Source: the human T2T-CHM13v2.0 reference genome, Homo sapiens. From it: a stretch of 64,000 nucleotides of DNA. The translations under genes and the position numbers were made by a program. Numbering within the stretch: the first letter of the stretch is position 1; each line of letters begins with the position of its first letter. Where the stretch lies: the NCBI RefSeq assembly GCF_009914755.1, contig NC_060942.1, one strand, 5' to 3'. Below are positions 25,165 through 38,420 of the stretch, piece after piece. Below the pieces are notes generated by a model, which saw nothing but the letters and a program-made list of their open reading frames with translations, had not been told where the DNA came from and did no database searches.

Positions 25165-28100
25165 GAACTCCAAACGGAAAGCGCCAAATGGCTGTTTAAA
25201 AAGTGCCCCAAATCAAATTGAATAGCCTTCAGAATAGAACCCTAGAGAATGTCTTATAAGGATTGTCTGCCATTTAAAAGGAAAGATGTCTTTTCTCTTT
25301 TGCACTGCTCTTTTAAGAGTTTTAGCAGATTTAGCAGGACAGATGCATTGAAGCCACATGGTTTAGACTTGATTGATAAAGGGAATGTTGCATTTGGGAC
25401 TATGCTGCTAACGAAATGGTTTGAAGTATTTTCATGTTTGGATTTTAATAATAAACTGCCTCTCATTTTTATGAGGACTAGAGCTATAGTTTCTGCAGCT
25501 CTGCTCAGATAGTCCTCATAATCAGAGGCCTCTGGCCAACTGGGGCAGGACCTGTTTTGCTGGTGGGATCAGACTCTGAAAAATGGAAACGTAAAAAACT
25601 GGTTTGCATATCTCATCTTCTATCTATCTCCCTATCTCCATCTCTATCACCATCTCACTCCCTCCCTCTGCAACTACTCCCTGCCCTACCACCGTGGAGT
25701 TTAATAATTTGCTAGGAATCCTATTGAATTCGCTTTGCTTGTATATGTTGCATTTGTACTTGATGTGTTTAAGGTTCTGGGTAACTTTGATGCTTCATGA
25801 CAAAATAGGCAAATCACGATGGACTCCCTTGTGATTCCTTTTTTAAAGAAATGCCTCTGATGCAGTCCTCACCAGTCCATTCAGTCATTCTACAGCAAGA
25901 TGGTCCCTCTGTGGTGAGTGGGATATAAGGCAGTGCATCTTTCATGATCACAAAGAAAGCCTATGTTGTGGATAGCATTGCGTCTCTTGATGTAGGCATT
26001 GTTATGGCAAATAATAGCACTGTGGCCACATCTGTAAGGCCATTCCAGCCTAAATTTAGTGTCTCCCATAATCCCAACCCATGCACTAGGCTGGGTGTTC
26101 TCTCAGAATATAGAGGCAATGAATCAGCTTAAGACCCTGGGACACACAAAGGAAAAGGAAGAAGAATATTTAGAAGTTGTTATGGAATCCTGTGTACCCT
26201 AAAGTGTGGTAACCATGTTACCCATTCCAGCTGGGTTAAAGTGGAGGAGGATCTTGGCCAGGCCAGGTGCCCAGGTGACTAGTGCTGAGGTGCGATCGTT
26301 TTCCGTATCATTGTGTGCACCACCACCAATCCAGAACCATTTGCTCTCTTTGAGAACATTGTAGCACTGGATATTCCCTCTTTCCACTGAAGTCAGATCT
26401 ATACAACTACAAATTAAGCATTTCAAAAGAAAAAGCCATTGTGCAGTGGCAAGAGTTGGAATCCAAGATTATGTAGACCTGCGATGAAGGAAGTAGCTGG
26501 CCATTCTCATTTTCTTTATTTCAGCCATATGAGTAGAAATCAAATCATTCCCATCCCTGGCTTTTTACTGAGCAGCACTTTGTTCTTCCAATTCAGCCCA
26601 ACGTCTGGCCAAGTTGATGTTAAATTTTAATAAGAGTTTCTTTCTTCTTTCCAAATGCCAGTCAAGCATATTTGTTATGCATTTGAGTGGGGTAGCTCAT
26701 TCTTTTCCTGAAATCTCATCTAGATTGCTTGCAATGCGACAAATAACTGTTTAAAAAATGTGCTGTAGTTCAGTGATGAGCTCATTGCCCCTCTTTAGGA
26801 AGGTAAGATCATGCCTAAAATTAAACCGAATATGGTAAGGAAAGACACTATCGTTATGCTCACGTTCTGCCTGGTCCTAAACCTGCCTTATTATTATTTT
26901 CAGAAAGCAATCTAATTAGAGCAACTTGCATAGATCTAGATATTAACTAATGAAAGAAACACCAAGTTCAAATGTGTTACCAATTATGACACACATTACA
27001 ATATAATTATAAGGGGAGACATTAAAAACATTTTGTAATTCAGTGGTATAATTTGATGGGTATCACAACCACACCGTGTTTGTTCCCTGTCCCTTTGAAG
27101 AGGACTGTACTACCATCCTCACACTGTGCTCTGTTGGGATCACTGAGAGATTGACAACTGACAGAAGTGTTTAGTTGGCTGTTCCTGAGCACTTAGTTCA
27201 TTTGGTTATAGCTAAGTGATATTAATGCCAATATTACTTGGGCCAGATTCTGACTCTGGAGTTTTAATCCCAATGTGCCCATTCATTTTCACTAAATATA
27301 AATGCATAGACACTTTAAACCAAGAAGATTAAAAGAGGAAAAGACCAGAATCTCTAAAAAACAGTTTACTGTTCTGTAGTGGACAATTTAAATTTTATCT
27401 CATCATAATGCCAAGGATTTTTGTTTGTTTTTTAAGTTCAGGGAGATTTTTTAAATCTCCTTGCAGTCTTGGCTCCATCTTAACCTTAGAGTGGGAGGAC
27501 TTTCCCATCCCCCACCACCGTGTTATCTATCACTTTAATGAAAACTCAAAATAGTGAGGAAATGGACTTTTCTTCAGAACTTGAGGGGTTTAGAGATCAG
27601 GCTCATCTCTGCTTATAAGGAGGACTTCCTGGAGATGATCCCAATAGATCACCCTTCACTTTTGAAGAATAGCAGCTTCTAGCTGACCATGCAAAATCTC
27701 TGTTTGTTTTTAAAGACTGTTTCAAAGATTAAATCTATACAACCACTTTTATGACCAAAAAAGTTGTTGTGTCCCAAGTGTCCTAATTAGAAAGGCAGCT
27801 GGCTCTCCTGCAGCTCCCAGGCTTGTGTAGTCAAGTGCAGTGAACTGGGCAGTAATCAGCTCAGGACCATTGGCTCTTTCCTCCTCTTTCAGCTACAGAC
27901 ACATGCCCTGGCTTTTGCATTGACCTTGCTTTGTTAGTTCTAGACTAATTTATCCTTTTGTCAGACACTTTCCCTTTTTTAGGATACTCACAACAGAGTC
28001 CACTTTCAGCTATTGGAATACATTTTACCATAAAGCCCCCAAGGCTTTCTACCCATAACACCAACACAAAAAACCAATTAAGTTGCAGAGGGGGGAAATA

Positions 28101-28699
28101 ATCACAAACTTTTGGCAACCTGCTTAATGCTAGACGCTCTGTTTTCACTGGTTATTCTGAGTGTCATATGCAGATGCAGATCCAAGGGAGACAGGGCTAA
28201 ATGGTGGTGTCAAGAATTCCTCCCACACCCCAAAAATTCTTTCCAATATTTGATTATTAAAATATCTATCATTTCTCCACCTTGTGTCTGTGTCTTAAGT
28301 GTCTGTGAATATTGTAAAAGTGCTGTATGTTTAGTAGTGTTGTGTGCCTGGCAGTGCTGACTATGACTACTGTGCCATCTGTCTGTGACCTTGATGTCAG
28401 GTACCTGGCCATGGGGCTACCAGCAAGGATGTGCAAAGGAAGAACCGCTGCCCCTGCCCTCAGCTTCCTTATGCCCGAGCCACTACTTATCCGTGAATGT
28501 GAGTGCCAAGAGAAACCTAATTTGGTGGGGAAGCCAAGGAATGGGAGAACGTTTTTTCTGATTTGAGTCAAGGCACTAATTATTAGACACTCTCAGACAA
28601 CAAAGCGGTATTGACCTGAGATCAAAGGAAGCAGGGACAATATTGTAGAATGCTAGGACACTGGAAATGAAGAGGCCTTCAGCTTCGCCAGTCTTGATT

Positions 28700-28790
28700 C
28701 TTGACTTTACAAATGAGAAAATGGAGAAACAGGGAGGCTAGGTGATTTGCCCCAGATGACACTGTCAATTAGTGGAGAAATTATGATTCC
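28700..28790 (-). mobile_element. MIR fragment in the 3' UTR
   Basis: TTTACAAATGAGAAAATGGAG...GGTGATTTGCCCA. Confidence 0.6.
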
Positions 28791-31700
28791 TCCTCTAGTA
28801 CTTCTTGGTCTTACCAGCATCAAATGAAGCTGGGCTCACAGGGAAAGTGGTTTTTGGTCTGGGATCTGCAGAGCACATAAAATAAGTTAGAAAGTCTATA
28901 AAAGAGGAAAAAAGGTTCTCCTCTCCCTCCCAAAAATGACTTCCCAACACAGAACAATAAAGGAGATGCTTGTGTGGGTATGCAACTGTCCACCAATTAT
29001 CACCTACCTTCTCCCTGAGATGAAACAAAACACGCTTGGTAAATCATGATTTGATAAATAACAATTAAGTTACTGGTGGTTCATGCTTGACAGCTGCAAT
29101 CTTACCCAATAAGCTATTCATCTTAGTAAAACCTTGTTTTAGTAATATACATGCATAATTTAGAAGTTGAAGGCTGAAAATTGTTGTGTTCTTCTCCATA
29201 TATATACAACTTTCATCGGGGTCCCTTGAGTTAAGAAATGCCTTCTATTTTATAGGTAATCTCAACAGCAGACTTTGAAATATTGTGTTTGGTTCAATAT
29301 GCTAAGAAGATATACAAATAATAATAACTTCGTGAGTCTTCATGTGCAAAATGACAAACTGAGCAATTTTCTGTATAATTCTAGATTCTTAAAACCTTTT
29401 TTCCCATAATTGTTTGAATGCACTAGGCACAAGTTTCTGTTTAAGCCTCTGCTTCTCCCTGAATGTGTAGAACTGTCACTTTGCTTACAAAGGGGCTGTG
29501 TGTTTGTGGCTGGCAGCCCAGATAGAGCACTCTGGGTGCTGGGGATTGAGGGCACCTTGGCCAGCTGATTGACCTGTCTGGACTCTGTGGCCCAATTAAT
29601 CGAGGCCACAGATCAGTTGGTACTAAGCATCAAAATGATTCATTATGCCTCTCTCACACTCCGATTGCTTTGCCACATAGATAACAGCATTTGAAATGGG
29701 AAACACTTTAGAATGTCATTATTGTATTATATATTGTCATCTTATGCAGTATTTCTGAAAATTTATTTTTATTGTGATGACTGATTGAAGACATATGTGT
29801 ATGAATAGATGTTCCTCAGTGAAGCCTATTCTCTTGTTGTTGATGACAGTGGCATCAGAGTGAAGAGTTGTTGCAGAGTAACTGACTTCAGTTTAAGGTT
29901 ACCCTGGGGTTCTGGGGTTAGGACCCGGATTATGCAGCTGATCTCCCAGCAAACACAGCTGTATGAAATAAGCAACTCTTCAAAATACAATTCTTGCCAC
30001 TCATTCTGGACCTTTGATTCATAATGTCCTGGGATAAGTCCAACTTACAAAGATTCCCAGGTGATTCGTGTGACCACCATTTGGAAACCAGTAATATATA
30101 CATCCGGAGTCATATATACCATTTTGAACAAAGTAGCTAAATGCTTATCTCTCCTTGTGCGATTAGTTTCACATGTTCGTTGAGGTTATCATGTTAAATG
30201 GCAATATAGACACAGTCTTAGTGATTCAACAATTCAGCTGTTTCAGCCGAATTGACCAGTTGCTAATTTATAAGCAAATTGTAACTGATCAATTTAGTCA
30301 GAATGGATGCAAGCCCAAAGACAAGGTGGAGAGCAAGCTTTAATATACACTTTGTCTCAAGGCCAGCTCTTCATATTTCCCTCTTTATATTTCAAACTAA
30401 GAGGCAGATCTCAGGTCACTCATCTTTAGAATTGGTGAGAATGAGAAACAGGGAACTGAAGTGATTCATTCAGATTCAATTTGGAAGTCATTCCCAGAGC
30501 CTAAAATATTTATCTAAGGGGTCTGATTTATCAACCTCAGGTAGTCTCCAAAACACAAAGGTATTCAGGCTAAAATAAAACCAATCAAAAAAGGAAATTC
30601 AGGAGGCTCCAGTTCTAAGACTAACCCAGTATAACAAGGGTGATCAGTTATTACTTGTGGCCTTGTACCACCTCTGTTGGATAATGTGCCACCGTCCTAA
30701 TGAAGCTTTGGCCAGACTTCTTTCTATAGCTGTGCACATAGAAAGGCTTTAGACAACAGTGATACCAAAGGGTTCCTTTGATTTTCCTTCTGTGTGATTC
30801 TCAGACAGTTTTAGCTCTTTGGTGTGCTGCCAAATGTTTAACAACTGGCTCTGGAAAACAGTGGAACCCAGATTTTTAGCACCTACCAATTTCTATGGTG
30901 TAAATACTCTCATCTCAGCCAATTTCAGGCTACTAACTTAATGTCAACCAGCTGAAAACACAACAATATGTTTTCAAGAGCCAGTATAAGTTGGCTCCAA
31001 TACAGCATGAGCCAGCTCCAGCATAGCACTGCCTGAACAATTTTTAAGTCAGTGAGTACCAAATAGGAGAGGCTAGCAGAGGCTTTGGAGGGACTTTTAA
31101 ATGTCCCCTCCACCAAGGGAAGCATTTCCATGTTGGTTAGTTTTACTGATTTTTAGTAAAAGAGCATATTATTGGATCCCAAGGTGTTCAAATATTCCAC
31201 GTGACTCTTAGAAACCTCTCAACAGACTCCCCAGTATCTTGGGAGATTACCAACTGTGGCTTTTCTAATTTCTAAGGGTGACCCTCCAGGAAAACATTCT
31301 TTAATTTAACTACCAGTTAAAACCATGTTTGGCTGATCTTTTTTAAAAAATCTATACCTATAGTTCATCACTTGTTTCCCCAACTTTGTCATTTTCCCTA
31401 TCCACTTGCCCCTCATCCTTCTGACACAATAAAAAAAATACAGGTACCCACAAAACAGTGCCTGCAAAGGAGCAGGGGAAGAACAAGGCACCCAGTAAGC
31501 TCACTTGGCTCTACATATCTGGAAAGGCACTGAGGTTCCAAGGTCTCTACCCCACCAGGGGACACCCAGTAAACATCACGCTGAGAGTTTAAGTTGCACT
31601 CAACTGGAGTTGATTTGCCCTTAGAAAAGTTTCCAACGGTGAAGAAATACCACTTGGTAGGAATATCTCTGGGCAACTTCATTGCTGACTGGGCAAACTT

Positions 31701-32919
31701 TGTAGGATAAGGTGTCATGTGATGTAAGGCTGGACCATGAAAAACAAAAATCTACTAATACACATTTGGCCCCTGCAGTCCCCTGGCATTGAGCAATAGA
31801 GCAACTGTCCTTTCTCACCACTAGTTGTGAGTGTACTTCCAACTGAGTGTTTAGAAATCAGGTAATCTGGTAATCCACAGAACAAGCTTTGTTTGCAAAT
31901 TGCAAATTTTTCTGGTAGAAGTCATTCTTAGGTGGGCTTCATTAAATCTTTGGAGAGGCAATGCTGGGAAAAAATATGCCTAATTCCTAGGACACAGTGA
32001 GTGGCCGTAAGTTGTTATCTGCATGTACTAAATCAAAATTAGATCATGAAGGACCAAATCTACTTCCGTTGCTATAATAAAATACCCTACAGGTTCTGTA
32101 AGGCATTTCTAAACTGTAAATGCTTGAAACGCAAGTTGGACATTTTCTATACTATGTGTAAAATGCCAGGTTATACCTCTATTTTCTTTCTTCCTAATGG
32201 TCATTGAAATGAGCTTGTTTCTCTACATTGAGCAAGCTACATTTTATTTTAAATGAGTCAGGTGCATGTTCAGATGTCTGTATTCCCAATACATTGCATG
32301 CAGCCTGAGCACAAGTATGCCTTCACCCTCTGGCTCTTTTCCTGACACCAAACAGAGAAGTCCACAGCTACAAGCACAAGGGGCTTGACAGGTAGGCCTT
32401 GTTTTATTATGAACAAATTCACCAGAAAACCATTCTTGAGGAACCAGCCACTCCCATAGCATTTTTAGTCTTAGGGAAGAAAATTGGCAGGGAAGAAAAA
32501 TTGGCAGACAATGGGAAAGAGGTTTGGTCAACCTGCATAAGTGGAATAAAGTCATTGAAGTACTTGCAAAAAGAAGAGGGAGGTTTCCCTCTGAAGGAAT
32601 CTAGACCATTTTTTAATATGGAGAATAACTGTACCCCATGTTAGAAGTGCTCTTTAGCCATATTTCAAGATCCAGATCTGAACCCATACTGTGCAGAAAA
32701 GCACAAGAGCGCTTACAGCCAAGAGCCCTGGGAGGAGTTGAGTAACAGGCTGAGATCCGGTCACCAAGCATCATTAGTTAGCACTGAAATTCTCCCAGGA
32801 CACAAAACAAATGTATGGAAACATCGCAATACACTATCATTTACTCACATGGGACAACCACCTAAGTCCATAGCAAAACTTTACAGATCTAGATGTTATC
32901 TCAAGTCAGGATTCCAGAT

Positions 32920-33040
32920 CAACATCCTCCATGTGGAGATGAGACAACTGAGGTTCAGAAAGTTGGAGTGACTTATTTGCCCAGCTAGCTAACTGGAATT
33001 AGAGTCTGGGTCTCCCAACCACTGATTCTGCTACACCACA
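32920..33040 (-). mobile_element. MIR fragment in the 3' UTR
   Basis: GATGAGACAACTGAGGTTCAGAAAGTTGGAGTGACTT. Confidence 0.65.
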
Positions 33041-33789
33041 CTGTGCTGCTTCCATTAGTTAGATGGACATTGACAATTAATTGTGAAAGCATTAATTAGA
33101 AGTCAAGACAAAAGAATGTTTGTGATATCTTCTCTCGCTTAACATACTTTGATTTCACCATTGCATTTCAGCATTTTAAAGAATAGTGTATCAGTATAGA
33201 AGGAGGAGCAAAGCTCTTTAAGAGTAATGATGAAACCAAAAGGTCAAAAAGTAGAAGAATAGCGAATGTAAGTTATTAAATAAATGAGCAAGAAGTATGT
33301 GTCAGGGAAAATAAATGCTTCTTATATTGTTAATACCGTGATTCCCTGCCCGCTCACCCCGTCACTCAACACTTGATGCATTTGTTTTGGAAAGTGCCAT
33401 TTTATGCTGAGATACTGGTATTGAAAACTTCCCTCTTTCCCAACTCTGTCAGAAGTTCTCTTGCTCTTTGGAAGAAGCCGAGGGCCTTAACAAATCAGAC
33501 TGACCTCCCTTGTGACAGGCAGCCTCGCCTGCCCTTGGAAACAAGCTGCCAGAATGTGAGGGCCACAGAGACCCAAGAGAAGCCAGCACTGCTAGACTGA
33601 GGAACTTGTAAATATCTTCTGCTTTCTTGGTGAACAAGGACAGAGGCAATTGCGTGTATATTGTGACTGTAGTTTGTGAAGAAAATGCAACCATTTGCTT
33701 CGACAGCTCCTCAAATGTACTTGTTAAGTGTGAATGTGCCTGCCTCATTGCCTTGTGTTCCAAACACAGTACTGAATGCGTTGTTTTTA

Positions 33790-33795
33790 AATAAA
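33790..33795 (+). terminator. Distal polyadenylation signal AATAAA
   Basis: AATAAA preceded by TGTA motifs (33607, 33717) and a T-rich run, followed by T/GT-rich sequence (TTCGTTTTGCTTTG, TGGTTGTCTGT). Confidence 0.75.
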
Positions 33796-34289
33796 CCATT
33801 TCGTTTTGCTTTGGGAAACACTGCTGGTTGTCTGTCACATTCGGGAGAGCCCCCACACACACATACACACACATACATGTGCTAACACATACTCACATTT
33901 CATCCAGTGAAGAGATTGAATGCTTCCTCCTGTTTTATATTCTCAGTGTTTTGAGGTCGTTGGAAATTTGTAGGACCCCAGAAAGGGTGAGCTTGGCTGT
34001 CTACAGCCATGAACAAGCAGGAAATACTCAAAGTCCCTACACATAACTTTTCCATTGGTCCTTTAAATGCTAATCATGTGACAGGCCTTAACATTATTAA
34101 TAATAATACATTACTCTTGAAAGTTACTATTACATACATCATTTTATTTAATGAATAATCAGGTGAGGGAGAGATGCTGAGGGAGTTGTCCCTGCTGTGC
34201 AGTTAAGTGACAAGTCAAAATGAGAACTCAGCCTGACTCCCTGTCCAGTTCTCCTTCCTCTGTACCTTTCACCCCATCCCAGGCTCTCT

Positions 34290-34615
34290 CTAGATCACCT
34301 CCTCATAGAACCTTCCCCAACTGCTACAGTCAGCCTCTATCCCCTTTCCCTGTGCTGGTTTTCTTCATATCATTTTTTAATGGTACTATTAACTTGTTTA
34401 CTCATTGTTGATCTGTGTCATCCACTATATTATAAGCTCTACCTTCAACAAAGCAGGAAACGTTGCCTGTCTATTCCCACTACACCCCCGATGCCTAGAA
34501 CAGTGCTATGAGCTAAGTAGACTCTCAATTGATATTTATAGGATGAATAGATGGATGAATGAATGGGCAGATGGGGGAAAGGAGAGATGGACAGATGGAT
34601 AAATGGATGAACAGG
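34290..34615 (+). mobile_element. L2 3' end with a TGAA/TGGA-repeat tail
   Basis: GCCTAGAACAGTGCT...AGTAGACTCTCAAT...GAATGAATGG. Confidence 0.75.
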
Positions 34616-35285
34616 TGCACCATGGAGTCTGTGTAACACTTCAACTGTTTCTCATCATCCTTCCCATCTTTGTACCCACACCACAGACACCAAAAGTCTT
34701 AGCTTTTCTCTAACTGTGCTGCCTCAGACAGCATTGTGAACAAAACTCAGTAAGCATTTATGGACTCAAGGAATGAACGAATAGTCCTAGGAATTATTTT
34801 TCTCAATATCTGTGCTCCAGTGTCAAAAATGTCTCAGCATATCAATGCACAAAAACACATCCTGTTCTTGTTCCTGGTTGATTTCAATTTCCAGCAAAAG
34901 GAGAAACTCAAGTTGGGTAAAAAAATACAGCATGATTGAAAGCATGCCACCTTCAGTAGACACCTGAGAGGGCCTGTGGGTCTTTAATTCAAACCTAAAA
35001 TCCTTACTGTTCGCTGCACATAACACTGGGCAAGATATGAACAGGATACGAAATTAGCAAAATCACAATGCTTATCCGAAGGAACTTAAAAAATCTTCTT
35101 GGGGAAATGGTGCAACATACTACAGGTGTATGTCTTATAAGGAGAAAGAGAGAGACAGAAAGAAAAAGATGACCCCCTGACCCCATTAAATTTGAGTGAA
35201 GACAACAAAAATTTTAGTGGTCAAATGTAATGCTCAGGGCTTATATTTTCTGAAAACTATTTGCCCAGCTGATGATCCCTGGCAA

Positions 35286-35288
<3 letters not shown>

Positions 35289-35328
<40 letters not shown>
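35289..35328. repeat. (CA)20 microsatellite
   Basis: Perfect dinucleotide run. Confidence 0.97.
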
Positions 35329-35332
<4 letters not shown>

Positions 35333-37117
35333 AATGGTAAGTTCTGAAACAAAACAAAACACTTCACAAACTTCAGCAAAACACGAAATTGACACCAAGT
35401 TTATTGCAGGCTCTCTGCCTGAGGCTGATTAGTACCAATTAAAATTTTAAAGTAGAAATTTTTTTTCTAAGAAAATACATTACCATAGCTTAAGACAAGG
35501 AAGAATTTTTTTAAAAGAGATAGAAAGAGAGAGAATCCCTCCTCATAGAAGATCCAACCTAGCCCAAGGCTCCCAGGCCAGTAAAGATGCTGGCCTTCTG
35601 ATTCCATCTAAGCAAGAGTGTGAGTTCGCCCTCGGACTAGGTTCCCACACAGGTTGAGGGTCCAGGGGTGGCTGGTATCAGCCTCAGCTCCAGAATCATT
35701 CCCCGTTTTGAGTGTGCAATTCTTGGTAAGTGAGGTTGGCTCAAGGAATATGCTGCTCTGAACATTAACTCATACTGCTCAGAATGGCAGAGCTGATCAG
35801 AAACTTAGAGATTCAGTCAATTCAATGCTCTCATTTCCAGATGAAGAAACTGAGGCTTGGGAAGAGAAAGTGACTTATTCAGATACGCTCTCCTAGTGAG
35901 CAATAGTTTAAGTACCTTATCAATTTTTAAAGAAAGAAAAAGAAAGTTCTTTTTTATATCAACTACAAATTCTCAACTCTAAATAAAAGTATTTAAAATG
36001 GCAGTCTGCTCATTTCACTTAAATTAACTTATTTTTATTATTACTAAACTATTCATCAAAAAAGTTGGAAAATGAGATAAGCAAAAGAATATTTTTAAAA
36101 GACCTAAACCTTTCATCTGTTTTTTCTGAGTGTGTATTTGTTCTGTACAATACATACTATTGTGTTTTCTAGTTTTTTCTCACTTAAAATTATATCAACA
36201 GCATCGTTCCATGTCATTAAATATTCTATGATAAACTCAGAACATGAAAGCACTATAACTTATTTAACCTCTTATTGTTTTAAATGTAGGTTCTTTGCAA
36301 CTTTACATTGCTGTAAACAGTGCTCTGATGAACATCTTTGGAATTAAATGTTTGATTATTTCCTTAGATAAATCCCTTGAAGTGGATTTTCAAGAGGTAT
36401 GAACAATTTTTGTAAGAGGACTCTTTTTCAGGAATATTTGAGAAAAAACTCAATGACCAAATTTCTAAATCTTTATTTTCCTAGAAAACTTACCAACAAG
36501 TTAGGAGAAAAACATGCATCATCATTAAGGAAGACTTCCTCAACAGAAGGATTATGCATTATTGTGTACTAAATAAGGAAAATAAATAAGCTATTGTTGT
36601 GTGCTTCTTCAATTCAGTTACCACATCTCTTGTTTAGAATCTGGGAGAACTTCACACACTCAAGACAGAAAGCCTATGCAATTGCATTATCATTATTAAT
36701 CAAATAAGAAGCACCCAGGACCATCTGGAAGAGATGGACCTTCAATACAATGATAGATAGCTCTTTTCCTTATTCTGAGAGTATGTTTATTGCTTACTCA
36801 ATCCTACCAACCTAATAATGCTTCCAATTCACATTAAGCCCAAGAAGTCAAAATGAGGAGGTTGAACTAAACAATCTACCTGAGGCTACACAAATCCTAT
36901 AGATCAGTTGTTTTTGTTGAACCTCTTTTAATCAATATCTCCATTTCTATAGGAGAGATGTGAATTTGCTTTAAGCAAATTCAAACTATGAACATACAGA
37001 TTTTCAAAGCAGATATTATTAAAGGTAGCCAAAGCAGTCACCACAGGCTTCCCTATCTACCACTATCGCTCTCTTAAGTAAATCCGTATTTCTGCCCAAC
37101 TAAAAAATTGTAAATAT

Positions 37118-37603
<486 letters not shown>

Positions 37604-37654
37604 CTTTAAGAAACAAGCTCCTTACTGTATATAAAATATTTCATTTGACCTTCA

Positions 37655-38420
<766 letters not shown>

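Larger units (their letters stand above)
25165..33818 (+). other. ST8SIA3: Probable long 3' UTR of ST8SIA3 (about 8.65 kb)
   Basis: Unique AT-rich sequence with no Alu or L1, ending at a well-formed poly(A) site. Repeat density rises right after it. This agrees with my recollection that the mRNA is long. The 3' end is inferred. Confidence 0.75.
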
